From positions 1,440,001-1,504,000 of the forward strand of contig CAUVXB020000002.1 of the NCBI GenBank assembly GCA_963555825.3: DNA of 64,000 nt, written 5' to 3'. The notes beneath the pieces are model-generated. The model was not told where the DNA came from, searched no databases, and worked only from the letters and a program-made list of their open reading frames with translations. Origin of the DNA: Alphaproteobacteria bacterium. Its GTDB lineage: Bacteria > Pseudomonadota > Alphaproteobacteria > JAAXGF01. Positions 33,840 through 46,640 of the stretch are shown in pieces (the stretch's first letter is position 1; every line of letters begins with the position of its first letter). The translations under genes were made by a program, and so were the position numbers.

Positions 33840-34727
33840 CTAGCTCGCCACCTCGTGGTCGGCCATCAGCTCGAGCGCCTTGACCATCGCCGAGTGGTCC
33901 CAGTCGGCGCCGCCGTTGGCCGCGCAGGCGTTGAACAGCTCCATCGCGGTCGCCGTGTTGGGCAGGCTGAGGCCCATGGCGCGCGCCCCCGCGAGCGCCA
34001 GGCTCAAGTCCTTCTGGTGCAGGCGGATGCGGAAGCCCGGGTCGAAGGTGCGCTTGATCATGCGCTCGCCGTGGACCTCGAGGATGCGCGACGCGGCGAA
34101 ACCGCCCATCAGCGCCTCGCGCACCTTGGCCGGATCGGCGCCCGCCTTGGCGGCGAACAGCAGCGCCTCGGCGGCGGCCTCGATGTTGAGCGCGACGATG
34201 ATCTGGTTGGCCACCTTGCAGGTCTGGCCGTCGCCGACGCCGCCGACCAGGGTGATGTTCTTGCCCATCAACTCGAACAGCGGATTGACCCGCGCGAAGG
34301 CGTCTTCCGTGCCGCCGACCATGATGGTCAGCGCCGCCGCCTTGGCGCCGACCTCGCCACCCGAGACCGGCGCGTCGAGATAATCGCAGCCGAGATCGCC
34401 GATGCGTTCGGCGAAAGCCTTGGTCTCGATCGGCGAGATCGAGCTCATGTCGATCACGGTCTTGCCCGCCGAGAGGCCCTCGGCGACGCCGTCCGGCCCG
34501 AACAGAACGGCCTCGACGTCGGGCGTGTCCGGCACCATGACGATGACCACCTCGGCGTTCTCGGCGGCCTCGCGGGCCGACGCGCATTCGATGGCGCCGC
34601 CCGCCATCAGCGCCTCGGGCAGGTCGGCGCGGTGCTTGACGACGTAGAGCTCGTGGCCGCCGGCCTGCAGATGGCCCGCCATGGGCCGCCCCATGATGCC
34701 GAGCCCGATGAATCCGATCTTGGTCAT
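33840..34727 (-). CDS. glxR: 2-hydroxy-3-oxopropionate (tartronate semialdehyde) reductase
   Basis: GFIGLGIMG, DAPVSGG, GQTCKVANQ, FRIRLHQKDL. Confidence 0.9.
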   Translation of the reverse strand: MTKIGFIGLGIMGRPMAGHLQAGGHELYVVKHRADLPEALMAGGAIECASAREAAENAEVVIVMVPDTPDVEAVLFGPDGVAEGLSAGKTVIDMSSISPIETKAFAERIGDLGCDYLDAPVSGGEVGAKAAALTIMVGGTEDAFARVNPLFELMGKNITLVGGVGDGQTCKVANQIIVALNIEAAAEALLFAAKAGADPAKVREALMGGFAASRILEVHGERMIKRTFDPGFRIRLHQKDLSLALAGARAMGLSLPNTATAMELFNACAANGGADWDHSAMVKALELMADHEVAS

Positions 34728-34845
34728 GTGTCGCCTCCTCCGTCGCGCGATTGCTCGAACGCCCGCCGGCCGTCTCAGGCGCCGACGGGCACAGCGATCA
34801 TAGCGCGATCGAATGGGGTCGAGTAGCCCCGACGGCGGCCGACGG

Positions 34846-36060
34846 TCAGATGGGCGGCGGCGGACGGAAGCCCGGGCGCGGCACACGCACCCAGATCGGC
34901 ATGTGGTCGCTGACCGAGTTCTCGCAGTGCTCGAAGATAAACTTGCGATCGGCGTCGGAGAGGCCCTCGTCGACCTCGTTTCCCCTCAAGGCCTTCGCGA
35001 AGAGATCGGTAAACCGGAAGACTTGGAAGTCGAAGCCGTCGGGCTCCTTGCCCGCCCCCTCCCTCCACCGGTGGGTCGGAAGGAATTTCTCCTTGGCGCC
35101 CCGCATGAAGGCGATCTGGTCGAAGGTCTGGTTCTCCCGCGCGTTGCTGCGGTGCACCTTGCGCGTCGGCGGATAGGGGTCGATGAACGGGAAATAAACC
35201 CGGCGCGCCGCGCGGCCGAACACCGTCTTGTTGAGGTCGCGGAGGAACTCGTTCGTCACCGGCCCGTCCTTGTCGGGATTGTTGAAGTTCAGGTTGAGGT
35301 CGCCGAGCAGGATGAAGTTGGGCGCGACCATGCGCTTCTCCGCCTTCAGCCGGTTGACCATCCAGGCGACGAGGGCGCGGAACTCGGCGTCGCGCTCGGC
35401 TTGGCTGCCGTAGATGAGGTGGGCGTTGACCGCGATGAAGCGGAGCGACTTGTTCCCCTTGCCGGGCACCTCGAAGGCGCCGACATGCGGGGTCCGGGCG
35501 AAGCTCAGGAATTCGGGCAATCGAAACGTCGGCTTGCTCGTCCGCGTCCCGGCCTCGAACGCCGCCATCTTCTCCTGGTGCTCCCGCCACGCGGCGACGA
35601 TGGCGTCGCGCCCGGCCTCGAAGTTCTGCAGCATGTCGGAGCGGTCGACGGTCAGATCGGAGATCATGTCGGCCCGGTGCACACGGCTACGGCGGTAAAG
35701 GAAGGCCAGCCGCTCGGCCATGCCGCTCTTGCCCGGCGTCCTACCCGTGGTGTCGGACACCACGAGCCCGTATTCGCCGGCGCTCGACACGCGCTCATCC
35801 ACGCGCGCCTTCAGTTCGTGCAGACCATCGAGCCGATCCTGGACCTCCTGGATTGCGACCAGATCGCAGCGCGCGCAAAACCGCGCCATGAAGTCGATCT
35901 CGCGTTTGCGGCTCCCCGGCGCGCCGAGCTTGCGGATGTTGAACGAGGCGAGCACCACCGACTCCTCGCGCCCGCCCTCGGGCATGCCGTAGTGGGCGGG
36001 ATCACGCTCGAGCTCCGCCTCGATGAGATCCCATTCGCCACTCTTGAACCGCTTGGCCAT
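34846..36060 (-). CDS. Endonuclease/exonuclease/phosphatase family protein
   Basis: SFNI, AIQEV, NAHL, LGDLN, SDHMP. Confidence 0.85.
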   Translation of the reverse strand: MAKRFKSGEWDLIEAELERDPAHYGMPEGGREESVVLASFNIRKLGAPGSRKREIDFMARFCARCDLVAIQEVQDRLDGLHELKARVDERVSSAGEYGLVVSDTTGRTPGKSGMAERLAFLYRRSRVHRADMISDLTVDRSDMLQNFEAGRDAIVAAWREHQEKMAAFEAGTRTSKPTFRLPEFLSFARTPHVGAFEVPGKGNKSLRFIAVNAHLIYGSQAERDAEFRALVAWMVNRLKAEKRMVAPNFILLGDLNLNFNNPDKDGPVTNEFLRDLNKTVFGRAARRVYFPFIDPYPPTRKVHRSNARENQTFDQIAFMRGAKEKFLPTHRWREGAGKEPDGFDFQVFRFTDLFAKALRGNEVDEGLSDADRKFIFEHCENSVSDHMPIWVRVPRPGFRPPPPI

Positions 36061-36171
36061 GGCTGCCCCTCCGGCCTGATGTGATCGGCTTGAGGAGAAG
36101 ACTACCGCAAAAGTTGCAATTACTCTTGGTTAATTTTTTGGCTCGATCAGCGCAATCTATAGAAACGGATG

Positions 36172-36948
36172 CTAAAGATAGGGCGCGAGCCAGCCGAGGC
36201 CGTCTGTGGTGCCGGCGGCGGGCTTGTATTCGCAGCCCACCCAGCCGTCATAGCCGAGCCGGTCGAGGTGGTCGAACAGGAACCGGTAATTGATCTCGCC
36301 CGAGCCCGGCTCGTGGCGGCCCGGCGTGTCGGCAATCTGGATATGGGCGATGCGCTCGAGGTTCCGCTCGATGGTCGGCGCCAGATCGCCCTCCATGATC
36401 TGCATGTGATAGACGTCGTACTGGAGCCGCAGATTGTCCGCGCCGACTTCGTCGAAGATCGCCAGCGCGTCGGCCGTGTGGTTGAGGTAGAAGCCCGGAA
36501 TGTCGCGCGTGTTGATCGGCTCGCTGACCAGCGTGATGCCCGCCTTGGCGGTCTCGGCGGCCGCGAAGCGCAAATTGGCGACGAAGGTCTCGCGTAAGGT
36601 CGCCGGGTCGGCGCCCTCGGGCGCGACGCCGGCCAGGCAGTTGACGCGCCCGCAGCCGAGCGCCGTGGCATACTCGATGGCCAGGCCGACGCCGTCCTGG
36701 AATTCACCCTGGCGATCGGGCAGGCAGCCGATGCCGCGATCGCCGGCCTCCCAGTCGCCCGCCGGCAGGTTGTGCAGCGCCTGGGTCAGGTCGTGTTCGT
36801 GCAGCTTGCCGGCCAGCACTTCCTTGTCGTAGGCGTAGGGGAAGAGGTACTCGACCCCGGTGAAGCCGGCCTCGGCCGCCGCGGCGAAGCGGTCGAGGAA
36901 ATCGACCTCGTTGAACATCATCGTCAAATTCGCGGCAAACCGTGGCAT
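36172..36948 (-). CDS. hyi: Hydroxypyruvate isomerase
   Basis: MPRFAANL, EPINTRDIPGF, YDVYHMQIMEG, PGRHEPG, GCEYKP. Confidence 0.92.
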   Translation of the reverse strand: MPRFAANLTMMFNEVDFLDRFAAAAEAGFTGVEYLFPYAYDKEVLAGKLHEHDLTQALHNLPAGDWEAGDRGIGCLPDRQGEFQDGVGLAIEYATALGCGRVNCLAGVAPEGADPATLRETFVANLRFAAAETAKAGITLVSEPINTRDIPGFYLNHTADALAIFDEVGADNLRLQYDVYHMQIMEGDLAPTIERNLERIAHIQIADTPGRHEPGSGEINYRFLFDHLDRLGYDGWVGCEYKPAAGTTDGLGWLAPYL

Positions 36949-36974
36949 GGCGTATTCTCCTTGGTTCGTTGCGC

Positions 36975-38477
36975 TCAAGCGAGATAGCGCGCCTCGAGAT
37001 GTGATTTGAACACCGCGGTATCGAGCGGCCGGCCGGTCGCCTTCACGACCAGCGCTTTGGACGAGAGCGACGCGCCGAGGCCGTGGACGTTAGCGCGCAG
37101 CCAGGCGAACAACGGCGCGAAGTCGCCGCGGCCGATGCCGTCGACGATGTCGGGCTCGGCGCGCCGGGCGGCGTCGAACAACTGCGCCGCCGTCATCGCG
37201 CCCAACGTGTAGGTCGGGAAATAGCCGAACAGCCCGGCCGACCAGTGGATGTCCTGCAGACAGCCCAGGCGGTCGTCGGGCGGCGTCAGCCCCAGGCCGT
37301 CGCGCATCGCTTGCGCCCAGGCGCCGGGCAGGTCGGGGACCTCGAGGTCGCCGGCGATCAGCGCCTTCTCGAGCCGGTAGCGCAGCATGATATGCGCTGG
37401 ATAGGTCAGCTCGTCGGCGTCGACCCGAATGTAGCCGGGCGCGACGCGGATCGCCAGGCGATAGAGGTTGTCGGGCTGCCACGCCGGGCCGTCGCCGACG
37501 AACGCCGCGCGCATCAGCGGTGCGGCGAAGCCGATGAAGACGCGGCTGCGGCAGGCCTGCATCTCGAGCAGCAGCGACTGGCTTTCGTGCAGGCTCATGC
37601 TGTGGACGTGGCCGACCGGCTGCAGGCGCCACTCGGTAGGCAGGCCGTGTTCGTACATGGCGTGGCCGGTCTCGTGCAACACCGCCATCATCGCCTTGGT
37701 GAAGTCGTCCTCGGCGTAGCGCGTCGTGATGCGGACGTCGCCCGGCGTGCCGCCGCAGAACGGGTGATCGCTCTCATCGATGCGGCCGCGCCTGAAATCG
37801 AAGCCGACCGTCGCCATCAGCCGGCGGCCTAGCGCGCGCTGGGCGGCGATCGGGAAGGGGCCTTCGAGCTCGCGCGCTTCGCCGTCGCGCGCCTGACGCT
37901 CGATCGCGGCGGCGACGAAACCGGGCAGGAAAGCGCCGAGATCGGCGAACAGCGCGTCGATCTCGGCCGACCGGCCGCCTGGTTCGAAGTCGTCGAGCAG
38001 CGCGTCGTAGGGCGTCACGCCGAGCGCCTCGGCCTTGGCGGCGGCGCTCGCGCGCACCAGCGCGACGACGGCGGCGAGGCTCGGCGCGAAGCCGGCGAAG
38101 TCGTCGTCGGCGCGCGCGCTCCGCCAGCGCATCTCGCACGCCGAGGTCGCCTTGGACAGCGCCTCGACGAGACGCGCGTCGAGCGCGTTGGCGTGCACCC
38201 ATTGGCGCCGCATTTCGGCCAGGTTGGCGGCCTGCCAGGGGTCGAGCGCGCCGGCCTCGTCGGCCTCGGCGCGGGCCAGTCGATCGGCGAGCGCCGGGTC
38301 GGTCAGCGTTTCGTGGCAGACCACGGCGAGCGTCGACAGCTGCTCGGCGCGGTCGTCGGCGCCGCCCGCCGGCATCATCGTCTGGCTGTCCCAGTCGAGC
38401 ATCGCGCTGGCGCCGCGCAAGGCGGTGAGGCGCGCGAAGCGGCGCTCGAGGTAGCGGTAGGCGTCAGGCATGGGCAT
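36975..38477 (-). CDS. M32 carboxypeptidase
   Basis: HPF, HETGH, HESQS, GCLQDIHW, GYFPTY. Confidence 0.92.
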   Translation of the reverse strand: MPMPDAYRYLERRFARLTALRGASAMLDWDSQTMMPAGGADDRAEQLSTLAVVCHETLTDPALADRLARAEADEAGALDPWQAANLAEMRRQWVHANALDARLVEALSKATSACEMRWRSARADDDFAGFAPSLAAVVALVRASAAAKAEALGVTPYDALLDDFEPGGRSAEIDALFADLGAFLPGFVAAAIERQARDGEARELEGPFPIAAQRALGRRLMATVGFDFRRGRIDESDHPFCGGTPGDVRITTRYAEDDFTKAMMAVLHETGHAMYEHGLPTEWRLQPVGHVHSMSLHESQSLLLEMQACRSRVFIGFAAPLMRAAFVGDGPAWQPDNLYRLAIRVAPGYIRVDADELTYPAHIMLRYRLEKALIAGDLEVPDLPGAWAQAMRDGLGLTPPDDRLGCLQDIHWSAGLFGYFPTYTLGAMTAAQLFDAARRAEPDIVDGIGRGDFAPLFAWLRANVHGLGASLSSKALVVKATGRPLDTAVFKSHLEARYLA

Positions 38478-39402
38478 GGCTCGTTGGTTCGACATGGGGC
38501 CGTAAGTAGGCCGCGGCGAGTAGGGCAAAGACCAGGATGCCGGTGCCCTGATGGACGATCGCGATCCACAACGGCATCAGCAGGAAGACCACCGTGGCGC
38601 CGAAGACAATCTCGGTCGCGACCAGCGCGGCGGCCACCGTGAGGACGTGGTGGAAGCCGGGCGCGGCGGCGCGCCGCGCGCGGCCGGCGACGAACAGGGC
38701 GCCGATCAGCAGCGCCGTCGTGAGCGCCAGCAGCCGGTGCACGACGTTGGCGAGCACCAGCGGATCGGCGAGATCGGGCAGCAGCGTCTCGTTGCACAGC
38801 GGCCAGCTCGCGCAGGCCAGCGAGGCGCCGCTCTTGGCCATCATCGCGCCGCTCGCCATGGTCGCCATGGCGGCCAGCGCGGCGACCCCGGTGACCGTGA
38901 CGATGTGTTGCGGCAGGGCGTCGGCCGGCGTGCCGCCGTCGGGGCGCGCGGCGAGGAAGACGCGGATCAGCACGGCGAGGAAGATCAGGGCGACGGTCAA
39001 ATGCACGGCGACCGACCAGGGACTGTTGCGGTCGAGCACGGTGAAGCCGCCAAGCCCGGCCTGGACGACCACCAGCACGAGTGCTGCGACCATCAGCGGC
39101 GCTGGCGCGCGTGTCTGGCCACGCAAGCGGAAGGCCCACACCGTCAGCGCCAGGACGAGCGGCCCGACGACCAAGCCGGCGATCAACCGGTGGGTCCATT
39201 CGAGCATCACCTGGCCGTAGCTGTAGGCAACGTCGGGGAGCGCCGCGAAGACGCTCGGCGTCAACAGCCAGACGCCGTAGCAGCGTGGCCAGTCGGGGCA
39301 GGAGATGCCCGAATCGGTGGCGCGCACAACGGCGCCGAGCACGATCAGCGCGTAGCTGAACACGATCGTCAGGCCGGCCAGGCGGCGGAAACCGCGCATC
39401 AC
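38464..39402 (-). CDS. ctaA: Heme A synthase (COX15/CtaA, type-1-like)
   Basis: CPDWPRC, EWTHR, CASWPLC, conserved His residues, about 8 TM. Confidence 0.85.
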   Translation of the reverse strand: MMRGFRRLAGLTIVFSYALIVLGAVVRATDSGISCPDWPRCYGVWLLTPSVFAALPDVAYSYGQVMLEWTHRLIAGLVVGPLVLALTVWAFRLRGQTRAPAPLMVAALVLVVVQAGLGGFTVLDRNSPWSVAVHLTVALIFLAVLIRVFLAARPDGGTPADALPQHIVTVTGVAALAAMATMASGAMMAKSGASLACASWPLCNETLLPDLADPLVLANVVHRLLALTTALLIGALFVAGRARRAAAPGFHHVLTVAAALVATEIVFGATVVFLLMPLWIAIVHQGTGILVFALLAAAYLRPHVEPTSHAHA

Positions 39403-40115
39403 GCCGCGTCCTCGATCGCCTGGCGCCGCGCCAGGACGGCGATCACCAGCAGCGCCGCCGCCAGGCTGAACCAGAGGATGGCGTATTGCAGATGCTCGTT
39501 GCGCAGCTTGACCGCCATCTCCTTGCCGATCGGCAGGCCGCCCGGATTGGCCGTCGTGTCGGCTTCGATCAGGAGCGGCGGCGCGTCGACGCCGGCGAAC
39601 GCCGCCATCGCCGCGAGATCGCGCCAGAACCAGTAGTTGCGCGCCGGATCGTTGTCGGGCGTGAACCAGCCGCGCTCGCTGGCGCCGCGCAACAACCCCC
39701 GGACCGTTACCTCGTTGTCGACTTGGCCGGCGCGACGAAACGCCGGGTCGCGCGCCTCGTTGGGCACCCAGCCGCGGTCGATCAGAACGGTCGCGCCATC
39801 GACGCGGCGCAGCGGCGTGATGACACGAAAACCGAACTCACCGCGCCGCGTCGCCGCGAGATAGACCTCACGGTCGTGCAGGAAGGCGCCCGAGACCGTG
39901 ACCCGGCGGTGCGCCAAGGCGGCGAGTAGCCCGGCCGGATCGCCGCGCTCGGCGGGCAACGCGATGGGCGGCTCGGCGAGGCGCGTCTCGCGCAGCTCGA
40001 CCAGCGCCGTCTTCCAGGCGAGTCGCTGGAGCTGCCAGATGCCGAGGCCGAGCAGGATGCAGAGGGCGGCAAGGACGATCGCGATTGCCCAGGGGCCGGA
40101 GCGAAAGCCGCGCAC
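39399..40115 (-). CDS. SURF1 family protein
   Basis: LGIWQLQRLAWK, IDRGWVP, NEHLQYAILWF. Confidence 0.92.
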   Translation of the reverse strand: MRGFRSGPWAIAIVLAALCILLGLGIWQLQRLAWKTALVELRETRLAEPPIALPAERGDPAGLLAALAHRRVTVSGAFLHDREVYLAATRRGEFGFRVITPLRRVDGATVLIDRGWVPNEARDPAFRRAGQVDNEVTVRGLLRGASERGWFTPDNDPARNYWFWRDLAAMAAFAGVDAPPLLIEADTTANPGGLPIGKEMAVKLRNEHLQYAILWFSLAAALLVIAVLARRQAIEDAA

Positions 40116-40116
40116 G

Positions 40117-40494
40117 TCAGGCGTCGTCGTTGCTTTCGAACTGGACCCGGTGCTTGTACTGAAGCGCGATCATGATCGCCTTGAACGGCCGCAACAGGCC
40201 GATCGAACCGCCCAAAATCAGTGGGAACCAGATCAGGAGATGGAGCCACATCGGCGGCGCGAAGGTCGTCTCGAGCAGGAACGCGAGGCCGACCACGACG
40301 AAGCCGAGAATAAATATGATGAACACGGCCGGCGCGTCGCCGCTGTTCTGCTGGGTGAGGTCCAGGTTGCACACCGCGCAACGCTCGGCGACGTCGAGGA
40401 ACCCGGCGAAAAGCTTGCCCTCGCCACAGCGCGGGCAGCGGCAGGCAAATCCCGCCTTGAACGGCGATATCGTGCCGTAACAGGCCTCGCTCAC
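40117..40494 (-). CDS. DUF983 protein
   Basis: CRCPRCGEGKLF, CAVC, GDAPA, LRPFK. Confidence 0.85.
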   Translation of the reverse strand: MSEACYGTISPFKAGFACRCPRCGEGKLFAGFLDVAERCAVCNLDLTQQNSGDAPAVFIIFILGFVVVGLAFLLETTFAPPMWLHLLIWFPLILGGSIGLLRPFKAIMIALQYKHRVQFESNDDA

Positions 40495-40516
40495 GCGTGC
40501 CTCCGATGCTGCCCGA

Positions 40517-41320
40517 TCATGCGCCCCAAATGTAGACGCAGGAGAACAGGAACAGCCAGACGACGTCGACGAAATGCCAGTACCAGGCGGCCGCCTCGAA
40601 ACCGAAATGATGATCTGGCTTGAAGTGGCCCTGGTGGAGCCGCCACAGGCAGACTGCCAGGAAGCAGGTGCCGATGATGACGTGGAAGCCGTGGAAGCCG
40701 GTCGCCATGAAGAAGGTCGAGCCGTAAATGCCGCCGTCGATCGAGAACGACGCACGCGTGTACTCATAGGCCTGCAACGCCGTGAACGCGACGCCGAGCG
40801 TGACCGTGAACCACATGGCCTGGATCGCGCTCGGGCGGTTGCCGTCGAGGATCGCGTGGTGCGCCCAGGTCACCGTGGTGCCCGAGGTCAAGAGGATCAG
40901 CGTATTGAGGAACGGTATCTGGAACGGATCGAAGGTCTTGATGCCGACCGGCGGCCAGACCCCGCCGGTCGCCTCGGCGGGGAACAGGCTGGCGTTGAAA
41001 AAGGCCCAGAAGAAGCCGGCGAAGAACATCACCTCCGAGGCGATGAACAACGCCATGCCATAGCGCAACCCGAGTTGAACGACCCGCGAATGATGGCCCT
41101 GATGCTCGCCTTCGCGGATGACGTCGCGCCACCAGAGCGCCATCGTGCCGATCGTCATGAACAACCCGATGAAGAACAGGATATTGGTGACGTCGTGCAT
41201 CAACAGGATGCCGCCGGTCGCGAGAACGAACGCGGAGATCGCGCCGGCGACCGGCCAGGGGCTCGGGTCGACGAGGTGGTATTCGTGGTGTTTGGCGTGT
41301 GTGTCGGCCATTACCGCCAT
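40517..41320 (-). CDS. ctaE: Cytochrome c oxidase subunit III
   Basis: HLVDPSPWP, SEVMFF, TGFHGFHV, WYWHFVD. Confidence 0.95.
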   Translation of the reverse strand: MAVMADTHAKHHEYHLVDPSPWPVAGAISAFVLATGGILLMHDVTNILFFIGLFMTIGTMALWWRDVIREGEHQGHHSRVVQLGLRYGMALFIASEVMFFAGFFWAFFNASLFPAEATGGVWPPVGIKTFDPFQIPFLNTLILLTSGTTVTWAHHAILDGNRPSAIQAMWFTVTLGVAFTALQAYEYTRASFSIDGGIYGSTFFMATGFHGFHVIIGTCFLAVCLWRLHQGHFKPDHHFGFEAAAWYWHFVDVVWLFLFSCVYIWGA

Positions 41321-41376
41321 CCCCTCAAGAGCAATTTTTGCATCTCTTCGCGCGCCTGTCCTCGCCGGCCCATCGC

Positions 41377-41958
41377 TCAGTTGAGCGCCGGTTTCGCGGC
41401 GGCTCCCTCGGCGTCCGACGGGGTCTGCGTCTTCGCCGGGAAGAACATGTAGGACAGCGTGATGGTGTTGATTTCAGCCAGGTTCGGGTCCTCCAACATC
41501 ATCGGATCGACGAAGAAGGTGACCGCCATCTCGGCGCTCTCGCCGGGCGCCAGCGTCTGCTCGGTGAAGCAGAAGCACTCGACCTTGGCGAAATAGGGTC
41601 CGACCTTGTGCGGCGTGACGTTGAACGTCGAGGTGCCGACCAGGGTCTGGCCGGTCGGGTTCTCGGCGACATAGTGGATCAGCGCGGTTTCGCCGATGCG
41701 CAGCTCGATCTCGCGCTGCTTGGGCCGGAAGTTCCACGGCAGGCCCGACGCAATGTCGGCGTTGAAGCGCACGGTGACGACGCGGTCCGAAATCGCGTCG
41801 GGCACCGCGGTCGCGACCTGCGTCGTTCCGCCATAGCCGGTGATCTGGCAGAACATCCGATAGAGCGGCACCGCCGCGTAACTCAGCCCGGCCATGCCGA
41901 CCAGCAGGCCGGTCAGCGCCGCGACGGTGATCGACTTTCGTCTTTGCATTGTCGCCAT
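41377..41958 (-). CDS. ctaG: Cytochrome c oxidase assembly protein Cox11
   Basis: PLYRMFCQITGYGG, CFCF. Confidence 0.95.
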   Translation of the reverse strand: MATMQRRKSITVAALTGLLVGMAGLSYAAVPLYRMFCQITGYGGTTQVATAVPDAISDRVVTVRFNADIASGLPWNFRPKQREIELRIGETALIHYVAENPTGQTLVGTSTFNVTPHKVGPYFAKVECFCFTEQTLAPGESAEMAVTFFVDPMMLEDPNLAEINTITLSYMFFPAKTQTPSDAEGAAAKPALN

Positions 41959-41977
41959 GGTTGGTGCGCCCCGCCGC

Positions 41978-42883
41978 CTATGCCAGGCCCTTGTCGACGA
42001 TCAACAGGGCGAAGATCGCGAACAGGTAGAAGATCGAGAAACCGAACATCCGGCGCGCCGCGCGGTCCGTCTCATCGCGCATGACGCGCAGCGCCGAGAC
42101 CAGGAAGAGCACGCCGATGATCAGCGCGCCCGTCGCGTAGAGCCCGCCGGCGACGCCGAGCGCGACCGGCGCCAGCGTGACCGGCAACAGCGCCAAGGTG
42201 TAGATCAGCATCTGCCGCTTGGTCGCGGCCGCGCCGGCGACCACCGGCAGCATCGGCACGCCGGCGTCGGCGTAATCGTCCGCCCGGTAGAGCGCGAGCG
42301 CCCAGAAATGGGGTGGCGTCCATATGAAGATGATGGCGAACAGGGCGAGTGCCCCGAGCCCGACGTTGCCGGTCACCGCGGCCCAGCCGATCATCGGCGG
42401 AAAGGCGCCGGCGGCGCCGCCGATGACGATGTTTTGCGGCGTGCGGCGCTTGAGCCACATGGTGTAGACGAAGACGTAGAAGCCGATGGTCAGCACCAGC
42501 AACGCCGCCGCCACGGGGTTGACCGCAAGCCCCATTACGACGACCGAACCGATGGCGAAACCGACGCCCAGCGCCAGCGCGGCGCCCGGCGCGACGCGGC
42601 CGGCGGGCAGCGGCCGGCCGCGCGTCCGCGCCATGCGCGCGTCGATGTCGCGGTCGTACCACATGTTGATCGCGCCCGAGGCGCCGGCGCCGATCGCGAT
42701 GCACAGCATGGCGGTGACCGCGAGTATCGGGTGCAGCGTGCCGGGCGCGAGATAGAGACCGGCGAAACCGGTGAAGACGACCAGCGACATGACGCGCGGC
42801 TTGAACAGCGCGAGATAGTCGCCGACGTCGCCGGCTTCGGCGGCGGCGCCTTGCGGGCTGTATGTGATCGTGCGATCGGTCAC
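41978..42883 (-). CDS. ctaB: Protoheme IX farnesyltransferase
   Basis: [40 protein letters not shown]. Confidence 0.95.
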   Translation of the reverse strand: MTDRTITYSPQGAAAEAGDVGDYLALFKPRVMSLVVFTGFAGLYLAPGTLHPILAVTAMLCIAIGAGASGAINMWYDRDIDARMARTRGRPLPAGRVAPGAALALGVGFAIGSVVVMGLAVNPVAAALLVLTIGFYVFVYTMWLKRRTPQNIVIGGAAGAFPPMIGWAAVTGNVGLGALALFAIIFIWTPPHFWALALYRADDYADAGVPMLPVVAGAAATKRQMLIYTLALLPVTLAPVALGVAGGLYATGALIIGVLFLVSALRVMRDETDRAARRMFGFSIFYLFAIFALLIVDKGLA

Positions 42884-42911
42884 GCGCGTATTTCCCCCGT
42901 CACGCCGCGCC

Positions 42912-43175
42912 AGTGGATAGAATCCACCATATGGCACCCATACGACGGCGTCCCAAGGTCGCCCGGAAAGGCGCCCGATGTGCGGTGATGCTGGAGCATC
43001 ACAAGCATCGGGCAACGCATCCGGCGGCCTTGGGACGCCGCCCTTCGGGTGCCATGTCCCGGATTCTCGGGGCGTCGAACGCCCTTGCCGATGCCTCGGC
43101 ACCGCCGGCGGGCGCTCTCCTGCCGAGAAACCGGGATATGGGATCGTATGGGCACCATATGTTGGACTCTATCCA

Positions 43176-43177
<2 letters not shown>
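42912..43177. mobile_element. MITE-like element between ctaD and ctaB
   Basis: About 34-bp terminal IRs (AGTGGATAGAATCCACCATATGG...) with about 4 mismatches; no ORF. Confidence 0.75.
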
Positions 43178-45663
<2,486 letters not shown>

Positions 45664-45981
45664 TGCTTCGCCTCTCCCTGCTCGGATGGACAGCGTCCGC
45701 GCCGTGACCCACCGACACGCTCTGCCGACGGTCGCCCGCTAGGTCCGATAGGCCGTTTCGAACGCGCCTCCGGCCGCCGATATTCAGCGGCTGCCTGCTC
45801 GCCGGACCGTACAACAGGGGATATTGAATCACAAGCCCGTGAGGCGCCTGGAAGACTGTCTTCGGGTATCCGAGCGGCGGCTTCGCAAGCGCCGCGACCG
45901 GGCTGGTTCCGAACGCCACCGACAACGGCTGACGACGGCGATCGGCGCCGGGCAACCAGCCAACCCGAAGCCGCCGCAATT

Positions 45982-46086
45982 GGTGTGACGGCCGTCACAC
46001 CTAGCGGAAAATCGTACCAACATGTGACGACCATCACGAGGGTTTTCCCTTAGGGTCAGACGGCGTAAGTGACGGGCATCACTTAC
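45982..46086. promoter_or_regulatory. Three CRP/FNR-family-like boxes (GTGA-N6-TCAC)
   Basis: TGTGACGGCCGTCACA (45984), TGTGACGACCATCACG (46023), AGTGACGGGCATCACT (46068). Confidence 0.65.
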
Positions 46087-46130
46087 TTATTTTACTTTCC
46101 CCCCTAAATTCAGCATCGTCCAATTCCACA

Positions 46131-46442
46131 ATGGAGGACGATGAAATGCTGCGCACCGCCATTCTTTCGTTGCTCATCACGCTGCTGCCGACGCTCGCCA
46201 TCGCGGCGCCCTGCGCCGAGCGCGCCAAGTTCCTCGCATACTTCGACGACAAGTTCGACGAAGCGCCGGTCTCGATGGGCCTGACGACCGACGGCCGCGT
46301 CATCGAGGTGCTGGCCTCCGAGAAAGGCAGCTGGACGATCATCGTCACCAAGGCCTCGGGCGAGAGCTGTGGTCTCGCCTCGGGCGACGCCTGGATGAAA
46401 AGCCCGCCGCCCAAGACCATCATCGGCGAGGCGGGTTCGTAA
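46131..46442 (+). CDS. Small exported hypothetical protein
   Basis: Signal peptide, Cys pair, GSWTII..CGLASG.W pattern; the start may be a few codons downstream. Confidence 0.7.
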   Translation: MEDDEMLRTAILSLLITLLPTLAIAAPCAERAKFLAYFDDKFDEAPVSMGLTTDGRVIEVLASEKGSWTIIVTKASGESCGLASGDAWMKSPPPKTIIGEAGS

Positions 46443-46640
46443 ACCGGGCCACCGACGGCCGCCTCGCCGCTCGCGCGGTCCTTCGACGAACACCCCGATC
46501 GATCTCCGACCTCCCCAGCGCGTCCGCCTTGGTATAAGGTGGGCGCGTTCGTTTGCGCGCGGCTGGAAGACCGCGCGCGGCGCCCCATATGGCAAGGTGA
46601 GGCCGCGCGCCGCGCGGCGTCACGTCTAAGGAGATCGTCC

